Below are positions 32,301 to 45,104 of a stretch of DNA of 64,000 bases, in pieces; the first letter of the stretch is position 1, and each line of letters begins with the position of its first letter. The translations under genes and the position numbers were made by a program. This DNA is from Monocercomonoides exilis PA203 (taxonomy: Eukaryota > Protista > Preaxostyla), in contig LSRY02000006.1 in NCBI GenBank assembly GCA_001643675.2, positions 682,001 through 746,000 of the forward strand. The letters run 5' to 3'. A model generated the notes under the pieces. The model was not told where the DNA came from, did no database searches, and saw only the letters and a program-made list of their open reading frames with translations.

Positions 32301-35300
32301 TATTATCTTCTGCTCCATATGAAACCAGCACAGCATCCTCGCGTAGCTTATAAGACATATCATATACATTGTTCTTCTTCTTTTCTTTCTTTCCTATTTT
32401 ATCTTTGATTTTCTCTTTGTCCTTCTCTTTTTCTTTTTCTTTCTCTTTTTCTTTTTCTTTCTCTTTTTCTTTCTCTTTTTCTTTTTCTTTGCGCTTCTCT
32501 TTCACTTTTGCTTCGCCCAAAGCCAATTTGCCCGAATCGCCTTTATTCGATAGATATGGCTCGTCCCTAACCCTGATGCAATATTCCACTTGTGAACACT
32601 TCTTGCATATCTTTTGTATGTTGATGCAATACCAAAACGGATGCGGATTGACAAAGAAACGTAGTGAAACATTGGCCGGGACGCTCCACTTCTCAGAAAC
32701 AGATTCCAAAACAGAAGCAGGCGTAGAGCTGGTCTGCATCGACAGCCTGATAATCACCTTTTCTCCGATTAAACTTGCAAACATGAGCGATTGCTGGTTC
32801 AATGGCGTAAGCTGGATGTGAATGAAAGTTTCTTGACTGTTCCTCTTGTTATCCAACGCAGACGACAAGCCATCAACATCACGCGGATCTGAAGCATTAG
32901 CTTCCATCCTTCCCGAACTTTTCAATTTTGCAATTTTGTTCCGTTTTAAGATATTGAGTCTTATTTGCCCAGGTTCGCGTGACACTTCCTCTGAGTTTGT
33001 ATTCTTGGAGCCCATCACAGAATTTAGCAGTTCTTTTGGAATGGGCTTAACATTTTCAAATGGTGCGGTTAAACTCTTATTCGGAGCGACAATCCCCATC
33101 CGCCTTTGTTGTGAGATGTCTATGGTTGTTGACTTCTTCGATTCGAAAGGCTTCGCAGACTCTCTCTCCAGCATCTCCAATCGCTCCTTTATTTTGTTCA
33201 TTTTTTTGTATTGCTTGTTCGCTTTCTTCCGCTCGTCTCTCTCCATTTCCCTTTTGACACTTCTGATAGACATAAGCTTCTCGTATTCTTCCTCTTCTTT
33301 GTTCTTTTCTTCGATTGACAGCTCTTTCAGCGGGTCGCCTTCTTCGATAAAGTCTTCATACGATCTGTGGTGCCTCCTCCTCTTGTGCTTTTTCCCTTCC
33401 AAGCCAAGCAATATCTCCTTTCTCATCCGGCGAAGCCGCTTCCACATTTTTCTCTGCCCTCGGCGCCTTCGTGACAGAGATGACTCTTTCAGAATCTGCG
33501 AAGAAAGCGGAGTGGCAGCTGAAGACCCAGCCCCGTCTTTCGATGAAGGGTCGTTTGCATTGCTTTCAGAATCTGCATTTCCCTTCGCAGCTTTTTCACT
33601 TCGTGATTTGTGATAGTCAAGCTGTGATGCGTTCTCCTTCTCTTTCTTTTGCTCTGATGTTGAGAGGCAGCCTGGGCGATAGACAGGCGACAGACCCAGC
33701 TCTTTCATAAAGAAAGTCGGAACATGAGGAGACTGAAGCAGCGAAAAGAAGAAAAGCAGTGTGGCAACAGGAAGGCAGTCGTCAACAATGTCTGAGGATG
33801 TGTGTGGGAGAAGCTCTGGAAAGGGATCATTCATTAAAGACTGATCCATTTTCGTGTCACAGTCATTTGATATGAAATCTTGTTGATGAAAGAGGTTTTC
33901 CCTGTGTTTCCCTTCTTCGTCAAGAAGACTGCCAAATTCTTCCCCGAGCGACGAATGCTCCGCTGCGTGCATAAGCTTCCTGAACAGCCTGTCGTCTTTC
34001 CCATTCGATCTGCAAGGCGCATTCAACATCCGGTCGAAAAGGACAAAGCACAAATCGCCCTCAGAATGGAGCTGGTGCAGCGAACGTGCCCATTCTGCAT
34101 CGAAAGCAGAGGAAACGCGGTTTGAGGGAAACGAATGGACAGACAGAGGAGAGTAGCCTTTTGGAGGCGGCAGAGGAGAAGATGATTGAAAAGACATAGA
34201 CAGCGACAGGGAAGAGGATGTGGATGTGGATGGAGGATACAGCACAGGCAAAGGAGAAGGGAGTGGAGGAGATTGGAAATGCAGTTTTTGAGAGGAAGAG
34301 GAGGAGGAAGAAGAAGAAACTGAAGAGTTCGAAAGAACTGAGGGAGAACCATGTGCAGATGAAGGGTATTGAGGTGTTGGTGATTGTTGTGATAACGAAG
34401 AAGACGCAGAAGCAGAGGAAGAAGCAGAAGAGGAGGAAGAGGAAGAAGAAGCAGAAGGTGTGCTTTTCACAGACCAGTGCTTCAGAAAGCGCTCTTTGTT
34501 TATTTTGTCTTCGATCATTTTCTTCTCTGCCTCTTTATCAACAGCGTCCTGCAGCCGCATGGAATTCAGCTTCGACACAATAATCTCCTCCTTCTGGTGC
34601 ACAAAGCGCTGCACGATGCCTTCTGCAGCGAGCAAGTCGTTAAACACACCGTCGAGTGTGTTTGCGTCGAGTGATTCGAAGCGGATGATGAATGAGAAGA
34701 GTGACACAAGCTGCTGCGGAGACAGCGCTGGCGCCAGCTTCGAAGAAGGAACGTTTGACAGCGGGCGGAGGGAGTGCATTGCAATTGAGGCGAGTCTGAA
34801 GAAAAATGGGGTGTTTTCTTTGTTTTCTTTGTCTTCGATGGCTTCTGTGATGGAGCAAGATTCGTTGATGGCAAATGCAGCAAGTCGAAGTGCGGTGAGT
34901 GAAGCGTGTGTGGTGGTGACTTGTCCAGCTGAAATGAGTTCAGAAATGGATGAAGTGGAAGCAAATGAGGAGGTGGATGATGAAGATGAAGAAGAAGATG
35001 ATGAAAACAATGAAGAAGAAGAAGAAGAAGAAGAAGGGAGAGGAAGCATTGAAGACGACACATTCGAAAGTGGAGAAGGAGCCGAGTGAAAAGGCTGATC
35101 AGGCGAAGAAACAGCAGGCAGCGGCGGAAGCTCTGGGAGCTGCATGGCAGACGCAGCGTATGTCGAGTAGACTGAGGGAGAAGGTGTGGATTCGACATAA
35201 ACAGCGTGCAGAAGCGGGTCAGACGCAACAGCAGCACACACAGCACGCAGTGGAGACAAGCTGTTCCCAGCGATTTGGCTGGCGATGTGCTGGTTGATCT

Positions 35301-38300
35301 CAAAGTAGTCTGACTGTGGCATGACCCACTTCACACGCCCCAGCGCCATCCCTTGCTGTGCTGGAAGATAAGTCGTGTCGAACAGACTGCTGTCAGACGA
35401 CGACTGCGACGACGAGTCGCTCAGCGCGTCTCCTTCGCTCGCAAAGTCGTCCTTCAGAAACAGCTTGCTCACACTCTCTTTTTCAGCTTCGCCTTTTTCT
35501 CCACCTCCCCTTCTGTCGTGTGATTTGCCCCTCACTTTTGACTTCGACTTCGACTTTGTTTTCGTTTTTGATTCAGATTGGGATTGGGATTTGTGTTTGG
35601 ATTTGAACTCAACTTTTTTTGTCTCTCTCTTCTTCAGCAGGGGTTCTTCTGAATGTTCACTCGACACTTCCTCTCCGCTGCTCGATTCGCTCTCTTCTCC
35701 ACTCAGCACTTCTTCTTCATCATCATCGTCTTCTTCCTCCTCTTCCTCGTCTTCATCGTCGCATTCATCGCAGTCGTCGCTCCACGGGAGGTTTGGCTGG
35801 GTAGCGAGGCAGGTTGCCACGATGGCCTCAGCGTCAATCTGAAAGTGGCTGAAGATGGAAGGTGTTTGCCGGGCAGAGAGGAGCGTGTGCTGTTGAAGTG
35901 TCGATGCAATCAGATTGTAATCTGGAGCAGTAGCAGAATAAGAAGAAGAAGATGATGATAAAGAAATAGAAGAAGAATAATATGAAGAAGAAGAAGAAAA
36001 TGATGGCGATGAAGATAACGATGACGAAGCAGCAGAAGATGAAGCAGGAAAAAGACCAACGTCATCTGTTTTTGTCGACTTGATGATCTTCACGTCAGCC
36101 AGCAGTGGAATGTCCCTCTTGTCTGGAGAAGAAGCGGAAGGTGGAGCAGCAGCAAGGTCAGAGTGCGGCGAGGGCTCAAAGGGAACTGTGCCTTCCTCTT
36201 CTTGCGAGAGAATGAGCGAAAGCGGCAGAGGAAACGGGGAATGTGCGAACGGGGCGTGGAGCGTGCTGGAGATGTCACCAAGATCTCCATCGCTTTCCCT
36301 TGAGCTGCTGTCGCTGAAGAGCATCATCAGCTTCTGCGCGTATTTCAGCTGCCGCTTCGCAAACCGCTCTTTCTCTTCTCTTTCTTCGCGCTTCTTTCGC
36401 GCTTCTTCTCTTTGTTGTTCTGTAAGGAATGCACCTTTAGAGGCAGCATCGACATCGAAGATGGGGAAAGCTAAAGAAGCAGAAGCAGAAGAGGAAGAGG
36501 AGGAGGAAGAAGACGATGATGAGGTCAGCATTGATGACAGGGAAAAGATCTCAGGAAGAGGAGGAAGGAGAATTGCAGTTGCGATGTGAGCAGGAAGCGT
36601 GCAAAGCAGAGTGAATGGAGGCAGTGTGAGTGTGCTTGAGGTGCTTGATTGTTTAGAAGAAGCAGAAGAAGAAGAATTAGAAGGCAAATTAGCAAATGGA
36701 GAAGAAAAAGCCGGAAGTATCTCCAAAGGGTGCGAAGAGAAGTAGAGCAGATGGCAGAGGGAGTGAGTGATGACAGGCGGAAGAGAGGAAGAAAGAATGA
36801 CAGAGAACAAGAAGAGGCAGATGGACGTGGGAATGGTGGGAAGAGGGATGGAAGATGCAGAAGAAGGCAGAGAAGTTGAAGTGGAAGAAGCAGAGGAAGA
36901 CGAAGATGCAGAGGAAAAGGGGTTTGTGGAAGAGGAGGAAGAAGGGGAAGAAGAATGTGAAGAGAATCCTTTCAGAATAGAAGCAGGCGAATCCAGCCAA
37001 TCGCACATTCTTTTTCCAGTGGAGATGTCTCCGTCACTTTGGCGAGGCGACGCAAATTTCACGTCAACTCTCCAGAACTGCCTGGAAAGCGGGATGAGGA
37101 ACAAGCTGATGAGAGCAGTGGCGAGGCGGTGGGAGATCTGGGTGATGCCGATGCGGAAGATGTCCACGACAAACAGGATGGTTTCGCTGAAGTCGGACAG
37201 CAGATCGTCCAGCGGCACGACAGAAGACGATAACTGCGAGGAGCCTGCGTGCGCTGAAGAAGAAGAGATAGGAAGAGAGTCTCCAGATGCGCTGGCAAGA
37301 GAAGAAGAAGAAGAAGAAGAAGGTGAAGGAGAAAGCAGCGTATGGATGGAATCGCTGGAGCTGCGCCGAGCAGAAGGAGATGTGGAATGTGCATATTCCT
37401 TTCGAGTGTCTTGTGTCGAGTTGCGGTGAAGTTGAGGGAAAAGAAGCTTGTGGATTGTCTTTGTGCGTTCATTCTGCATTGCAGCGGATACAGACAACAT
37501 GTCACAAACACGCAAAGAGTACAAAATATCATTCGCCTTCTTCTTTCGTTGGCTTTTAGTGTCTTTGATTTGGCTTTGGGAAACTGAGTTTATGTTAATC
37601 GCTTTATGCAACAGCAATAATCCCGAATGGAAAATTGACGAAACCCAACTATCTGAAGGAGAGCATAGCGAAGCAGAGGAAATATCGTAGCAAATGGACA
37701 TTAAATAAGATGATAAATATTCGAAAAAATTGCAGCTGGAACTGCAAATTCTGTCGATTATCAAAGGATGTCTAACTTTTAGCACAGTCAGAATTGTTGT
37801 TCGAGCTGCAGTCTTGATAAGATTTTCAGGAAAGTCCACAAAGCGAAGTGCTAAATTAAGGACACCCAGATCTGATTTATCATCCTAAAAAAAAAAGTTA
37901 ATATAAATGTAAATAGAAGTATAAAAATAAAGAATAATTTTTTTTTAGGATGAAATAACCTTATCGATAAATAAAGTCATATTTTCGAAAGTGATTTGAA
38001 AGGCAACTGCTCGCAAAGCAGAAACGTAGTAGGATAATAACTCAGTGTTACAATCATCTATGGGTATTTCAAGAAGATTTCTAATTTGATTATTCTCAAA
38101 ATATACAGTAAAGGCTGATTTTTGTTTTATATTTTGTGTTAGGATACTAATGGCTTGATATATCTCCGCTTTTAGCAATGGGTCGCAAGACAAATGCAGA
38201 GCTTTCTCAAAAATAGGGATGACTTTTTCAATTAGCTCAGAAAAGTAACTTTTTTGAAAAAAGAAAGAATAAAGTTAAAAATACGAAATAATAATTTATT

Positions 38301-38507
38301 ACTTTTGCATTGCAAAAAAGGAAAATTCACAAACATTTTAGATTCTTTGCTATTGCACTTTTCGATGTCAAGAAGTGAATGAACAAGAGCTTTCACTTCT
38401 CCAACAACTGCATCGTCAAATGTAATTTTTGATAGCAATACATCTTCTATGCAATTGCATCCTTTGATAACAATATTTTTTGCTGCTAAAAGAATCTCAT
38501 TTTGCAT
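26392..38507 (-). CDS. CLEC16A/TT9/GOP-1-like protein (N-terminal FPL domain) greatly expanded by low-complexity sequence, ~3984 aa, 3 exons
   Basis: Exons 38507-38335, 38248-37960, 37884-26392 (GT-AG introns of 86 and 75 nt, in frame). QAISILTQNI...NNQIRNLL...ELLSYYVSALR...LALRFVDFPENLIKTAARTTILTVLKV matches the recalled FPL pattern QTLNILFENI...NN.VNSII...EIMAYYISFLK...AIKFFNHPESMVRIAVRTITLNVYKV. Confidence 0.8.
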
Positions 38508-41500
38508 TAAATAAGGACAATAATAAAAATTGTTCTGGGTTATGGGTTCATATTTCTCAAAGCTAATAATTGTGACAATGCAATTTTTGAAAATCTAATC
38601 GTTGAGGAAAATGAACTGGACATTATGAAACAAAGAATAACAAAAAATAATTCATAGGTGCTTGCACAAGAAAAATTTTTTGTTCAATTAAAAAATGTTT
38701 GTATCTGTGTGAGTAAAAAATCGGTTTTATAACCCAAATGGGTGATTATTACTGAAATCGTAATATTTCGTTCGTAATTTTGGGTTCAAATTTTTATCTT
38801 GTATATCAATATAAAAAATTGAAAAGAAAAAAAGTTTATTGAAAACATTTTTATCTTTGATTCAGTTAAAACATTTGTTTTTTTAAACAATCGTCATGCT
38901 TCTTTTCTTTTGAAATAAAAATTTTTATCAAAAAACTTTCAATCTTTGAAAAATCGACACCCAGAAAAAAAATATGATTTCAAAAATAATCTCACAAATA
39001 AATAAAAAAAGAAAAGAAAAAGAAAAAGAAAAGAAATAAAAATTTTTAACCTTGTGAAATACAAACATTCACTTTTTTCATTCAAAAAAAATGTCACTAT
39101 TTTACAATATTTACAACTCTTTGTTAATGTTTTCGGAAAAAATACCACTTCACATTACAAATAATATTCTTTTTGTAGTAATTTTTTAAAATTAGATTAC
39201 ACCTTTACGTCACATGAACATTTCGCATCCACGTCAATCAGTTTCGTCCCACAGTTTTTCACAAAAAAGAAATATTATTATTTATTAAATCTATTGAATT
39301 GTTTTTATTTAAAAAATTATAATTATTTGATATTCATTCTTAAATGATATATATTTTTTGATCAAATATTTATGAATAAAAAAATAATCCACACTCATCC
39401 ATGTTGAAACCATTGAATATGTCTGGATTTTCCATAATAAAATATTTAAAGTTGTATATTTTTATTGATGAATATTTAGATGAACAAAAACGAGTATGTC
39501 CAAATAGAGTGTGATGTTTGTTTCTCATCTGCCACATCCTTGCCATTAATTGAAAATTTCTCTTCCACAACTTATGAAATTCTCTGTGTGATTGTTTTTC
39601 AATTTTAATAGGGTTTATTTATGTTATCAGAATATTGACTCATTATTGTTTGAATATTTTAAAATCAATCAAAGACAGCAATGGTATTGAAAGATTTTCA
39701 TGGAATATTAATTCGTTGTGGAAAGTTCATATTTTTTTAAACTTATTTCTAAAAAAAGCTAATTATTTTATCTGAAGCTCTTCTGACATAAAGACATTAA
39801 CAGGTTATTTCTTTTCTAATCACTTTAATTGAATAAGCTGAACGAAATTCATTCAATCTTTTTTTATGATCGTTTCATCAAGACAAGAAATTAATAGCTG
39901 TTTTCTCTTCGTTGAAAGTTAAGATCTTGTTTCCGCTGTTTTCATTTTGATTATTAATCTTTTTTTGTTTGCAAACAAACATTTCATTGCCATATCACAT
40001 ATTTTCCCAAGCGAACAAATAAATAAAAATCTTGTATTAAAAAGATAGATTCAAATGTGAATTTGAGAAAGCATTTCAACTTTTTTGCTTGTTAATCTTT
40101 GGACAAAGAACTGATGAACAAGTTTATTTTTCAAAGATAAATAAAAAAGAAATAATCTTTGCGAAATAACACTTAACATTATGAAAGAAACACAACCGAA
40201 TGAATATTAAAGGAAGAAATGTGAAACTTGCAGTTATAACTTTTAATGTCAAAAAATGTTTCCACAAAACAAAAAAACAAAATGCATCACTTCTTTGACA
40301 ACTTTCATTTTATAATTCAAGTGAGAATAAATATGAAACTTAGGTTTACTTCAATTAAAAGTGGTTATAATATTTATGAATTCATTTAATTCTAATTTCT
40401 TTATTAAATAATTGAATAACAATATAATAAAAATTATTTCTTTCTAATTCAAACAATATGAATAATAAGTTTTTTGCTTCACTTATTAATCTTTCTTTCG
40501 TCATTGTTTGTTATTGACAAATCTTCATTCCTAAATGAAATGTTACACTTTTTTCCACTCATCAGTTCACGCATCATTTCTTTCTGTGCTTTCACTTTTG
40601 CTTCCTCTTTTTTCTGCGACTTTGTAAGTTTTATATGTTATGTCACACATTTATAACTTTATGTTTCTTTTTAAAAATTATTATGAAAACTTTATTTCAA
40701 ACTTTCACAATTTGTGATTTAAACTTTGATTTCAATGTTTATTTTCTTCTAAACATGAAAAGTTGAATAATATGTTTTGTATACAAAGTCCAACATCACA
40801 CTATGATAGCCTTTTTCACAAAGTTTTCTCAATCAAATGTTTGAAAATATATATTATTTTAAACAGTTTGCTTATTCAACGGTCGTTTTGTTGACTGAAA
40901 TTACAAAAATTTAATACGTGAGATGAAAACTATCAAACATTAACAAACGAAACATTGTTTTACAAAAAACAAACAATCACAAACGCATAAGTGTGTTCAA
41001 AGAAATCAATGAAAGAGAATGTCTTCTATCTCCAACAATTCTTCTTGCCTTCGAAAACATACGTTCGCAAAAGGCTTCACTGCATGGGGATGCAATTAAA
41101 TTGAAGGCAAAATTAGAATAAACAGTTTCCATATCACCTTTCAGAGCCAGCTCTTCGTAATAGACATATGGATCGTCCTCAATAACAGCATCATCCTGAA
41201 CAAGCAGACTTCTTCGAAAAAGTGCTTTACATCCTGAAATAAGAATATCATCCATTCCTTGCAAAATTATATTTGTTACTTCGTTGAAGGCAACAATTAG
41301 TCGAGGATACCAATCATCAAAAACAGCTTTTTGAGTTTGCTCCAATGCTTCATTTTCAATTGTTGAATCACATTGTAATATTCTTTTCCTTGACGAAAAG
41401 TTTCCAAAGCAGAGGATATCATCTTCATATGCAAATGATCTTTCGCGCTCTCGTCTTATCATTTTATCTTCGTTACAGATTTCCTTTTCTGCATCATTTT

Positions 41501-43989
41501 CTTCTTTGTTTCCAGCTGGATTTTTTTCATCTTTCGCTCCAGTGGTATTTCTTGTATGGTATGTTGAGACGTTATCTTTATCTGAAAATGATTCCGAATT
41601 GTTTTCGAAATAATATTCATCATTTGATGAAAAACATTCGCCACTTTCGAATTCTTCCTCTTCCATATCATATTCTAATTCTTCATAATATCCATCACTT
41701 TCGCTTTCATCTTCTTTTGCAATTTCTATTTCGGTTTTTTCAATATGATCAATAATTTCACAAACAAATTTCATTATTTCTGAGCAATTTCCAATGTTTG
41801 CAAAGTCTGTTTTGCTTGGGCAAATCAATGTTTATGTAGAATACAATTGTTGTGTGCGGTAACTAAATCGATTCTGAAATCTTTCCATTGTTGTTTTGAC
41901 ATGCAGAATGTCGAAATGAGTGAAATTTGGAACAGTTGAGTTCGGCTGTGAAGATGAAGATATAAACGGAATTGTATTTGATAAAATATGAGTTGTACAA
42001 GAAATGAGCAGTGGAGACATTTGTTGTTGAATGTGAGAGGATAACTGAGAAGAGGAAGAATGTTTTTGAGTTGAAGATAATTGAAATGGGATCGTTGATG
42101 ACGAGGAAGTTGGCTGAGAATAACTTGAAGATGAAAATGATTTGACAAATGATTCAATCGCATTTGATGAAGATGGAATGTTCGATAAATAGTCCTTTAT
42201 TATGCTTTGGTGCTTCGAAATTTCAGAAAATACTATATCGCAATTTGTGAACAAACCTTTTCGATATTTTCCTGCTCCAATTGGTGAAAGGGCATAAGCA
42301 AAGGCAAAAAATCTGCCTCTTTCACCAGAAAATGTGTGGTTGAAAAGCAGAATGATAATGTCTGTTATTGCATTGTGCCAATCTTTCTGTTGTAATATAT
42401 TCAATGTTGAATTATAGAAGAATAAGCTCATTGCGTTCAATAAAATAGGAAACACAAAAGATATCTTTGTGGAGTCTTTTTCGAATTGGAGATGCAAATA
42501 GTTAATCGGAAATAGTAGAAGTTCTGTTATTCCAGCAGCTTTAATGTTTTCTTCATTCAGTAACTTGCTCAAACGAACCCTTTGGATGTTTGTCCTAATA
42601 TAATTGCATATTTGAAATAAACACAACCACCTTTGTTCGGATATAAGTCGGACATTTCCGAACCAATATTTTTCGATTGACTGTTATATGCGACGCGGTG
42701 CTAAAATTAACGAGCATTTCTCTCACATTGTTCAAGAATTTATTATCTTGAAATGCATGACTGACGATCAAATTCACCAGATGACTCAAACAAGGAACGA
42801 AAATATGATTAAACAACGACAGACTGTCAGCATGTTCCATTGGAACCTGGTTAAACGATTGGTATAATTTTGTGAGTGCTTGAACCTGCGATTTCAAGCC
42901 ATCAGAACAAAAACATCTGACATTCGAACCAATTTTTCCAAACTCAATCAACAAAGTCTGTCCAAGTTCGAAGTAATCTTTTTCAGTTGAACAGCCTTCA
43001 AACAAATTCAAGAACAAAGGAACAGAATTAAAAGATAATGGCACAACTCAAACAACAGTGTAATTTTTGTTTCCAATTTTTCCGCTATCCATCATAATTG
43101 CTATTGGTTAATTTCTTATTGTTGACAATAAATTAGTTACCTTTGAATCATTTGTTTGAAGAATGATTTTTGAAATAGATTTTCTCGTTAAATAGGGGAA
43201 TATGTCTTCTCTCTTTGAATGAGGATGTAACTGAGACTCTTTGATTAAAGTGGTTAATAAATCGTTCAGGAAACTGCAGGAAGATTTAAGAAAAGATATG
43301 TTACAAGTACCTACTAATGAAATGAATGTGTCCATTAATTTATAACTATTGTTGCGGTTTAGGTGTAACTGCGTCCCTTTTGCATTTCTTGTTTTTAAAC
43401 ATTAATGTTGTGATGACTGAAAAGCAAAAATTGTTTAATAACTTTTATATGGACCGATTTTTCGTAAAACTTTTTGCTTCTCGTGAAAAAACTTTTTTAA
43501 AAAAATCACCCATAAATATGAGTATTTTTTCAAAAAAATTTATTAAAATAAGATAATTTTGAAACAAAAAGTGAATGAAATGTTATTAATTATTATATTG
43601 TCCTTCATTAATAATAAAAATTTGAGAAATAAAACAGAAAAAAAATAAATTAAAAAATTAAAATATTTTGATCAATCCCACAATAAAATTTTTAATATCC
43701 AAAATATTAGAATTTGCTTTTTTTCGCCAAGAATTGAACCCCCGCTTGCGAAAATAAGACAAATCAAATGTTTAGAAATATTATAAAAGTGTGCACTGGA
43801 TGATTTTTAACATTTCATTCAATTCTTTATAATTTTTGATTATGTTTTTAAGTGAGATTGTTTACCTGCAGTACAAGGATATTATAATTTACCTATGGAA
43901 CCAATAAATAAAAAAGCACTATCAAAGTTTATGAAACATTTGTTTCTATAATTTATATTGTGTTATTAAATTTTTTGACAAAACACATA

Positions 43990-44984
43990 GGGTGATTTAT
44001 AAACCCGAACATTTTCATAAACCCGGTTATTTTTTTTGTTCGTTGAAACAGAATTAATACCATAAAAAATATAAAATGCAAACTTTTATATGTTTATTTT
44101 ACTATTTTATGAAAGTACTAAAATTTTTTTGTTTCAATTTTTGTTTTTGATGAAGATCAAAGGAATTTTTATTTTATTTTTGATCATTTGTTTTGTTCGT
44201 TTTGAATCAACTTTCATTTTTTGTTTGTTTTTAATTACAAGGTCATAAAACATACATAATGAAGTTTTATTATTCGAAATGTTTTATCTTTTTATCTATT
44301 TTGTCTATTGTTTTTCTCATTTCATCATTTTTGACAAAAAATATTATAATATGAAAATTATGAGCTGTGCGATATTTTTTACTTTTTTAAAAATGATGTG
44401 CATGAAAAGAAAAATATTTGCGCAAAGCATTTATTATGTTAGAATTTTGTGAATGTTGTTGCTCAAATACACATCAATTTTTGAAAATGATAAACATGCT
44501 AATTTCATATCAAACAAAACTTAAAATGACTAATTATTAAGAATACCAATGCATTATTATCTTATTTACATTACATCGTAATTAGTGATTCTTAAAATCA
44601 AATATAAGTTCAGAAAATTTCATATTTTCATATTTTTTGTCAAAAATGATGAAATGAGAAAAACAATAGACAAAATAGATAAAAAGATAAAACATTTCGA
44701 ATAATAAAACTTCATTATGTATGTTTTATGACCTTGTAATTAAAAACAAACAAAAAATGAAAGTTGATTCAAAACGAACAAAACAAATGATCAAAAATAA
44801 AATAAAAATTCCTTTGATCTTCATCAAAAACAAAAATTGAAACAAAAAAATTTTAGTACTTTCATAAAATAGTAAAATAAACATATAAAAGTTTGCATTT
44901 TATATTTTTTATGGTATTAATTCTGTTTCAACGAACAAAAAAAATAACCGGGTTTATGAAAATGTTCGGGTTTATGAATCACCC
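43990..44984. mobile_element. Non-autonomous foldback element FB4 (995 bp), 355-bp inverted arms, TA-flanked, nested in FB3
   Basis: TA|GGGTGATT...AATCACCC|TA; arms 43990-44344 and 44630-44984 with one visible mismatch near the terminus; subterminal ATAAACCCG doublet. Confidence 0.92.
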
Positions 44985-45104
44985 TATAATTTCATATATT
45001 CACTTATGAAATTGAATAGATGTTTATAATCAGCATTATTCAATGAAGCTGCATCAGTGTATTATTAGGAATAGCATATTTGCAACAAAAAGGATAGAGT
45101 TATT

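Noticed and set aside
43040-43115. In-frame TAA/TGA in the hAT ORF as evidence of stop-codon reassignment
   Set aside because: Intact genes here end in TAA or TGA, multi-kb ORFs contain no internal stops, and the element also has frameshifts. This is pseudogenisation.
43725-43752. B-box-like GGTTCAATTC on the minus strand (tRNA or SINE?)
   Set aside because: No T-stem pairing, cloverleaf or A-box found.
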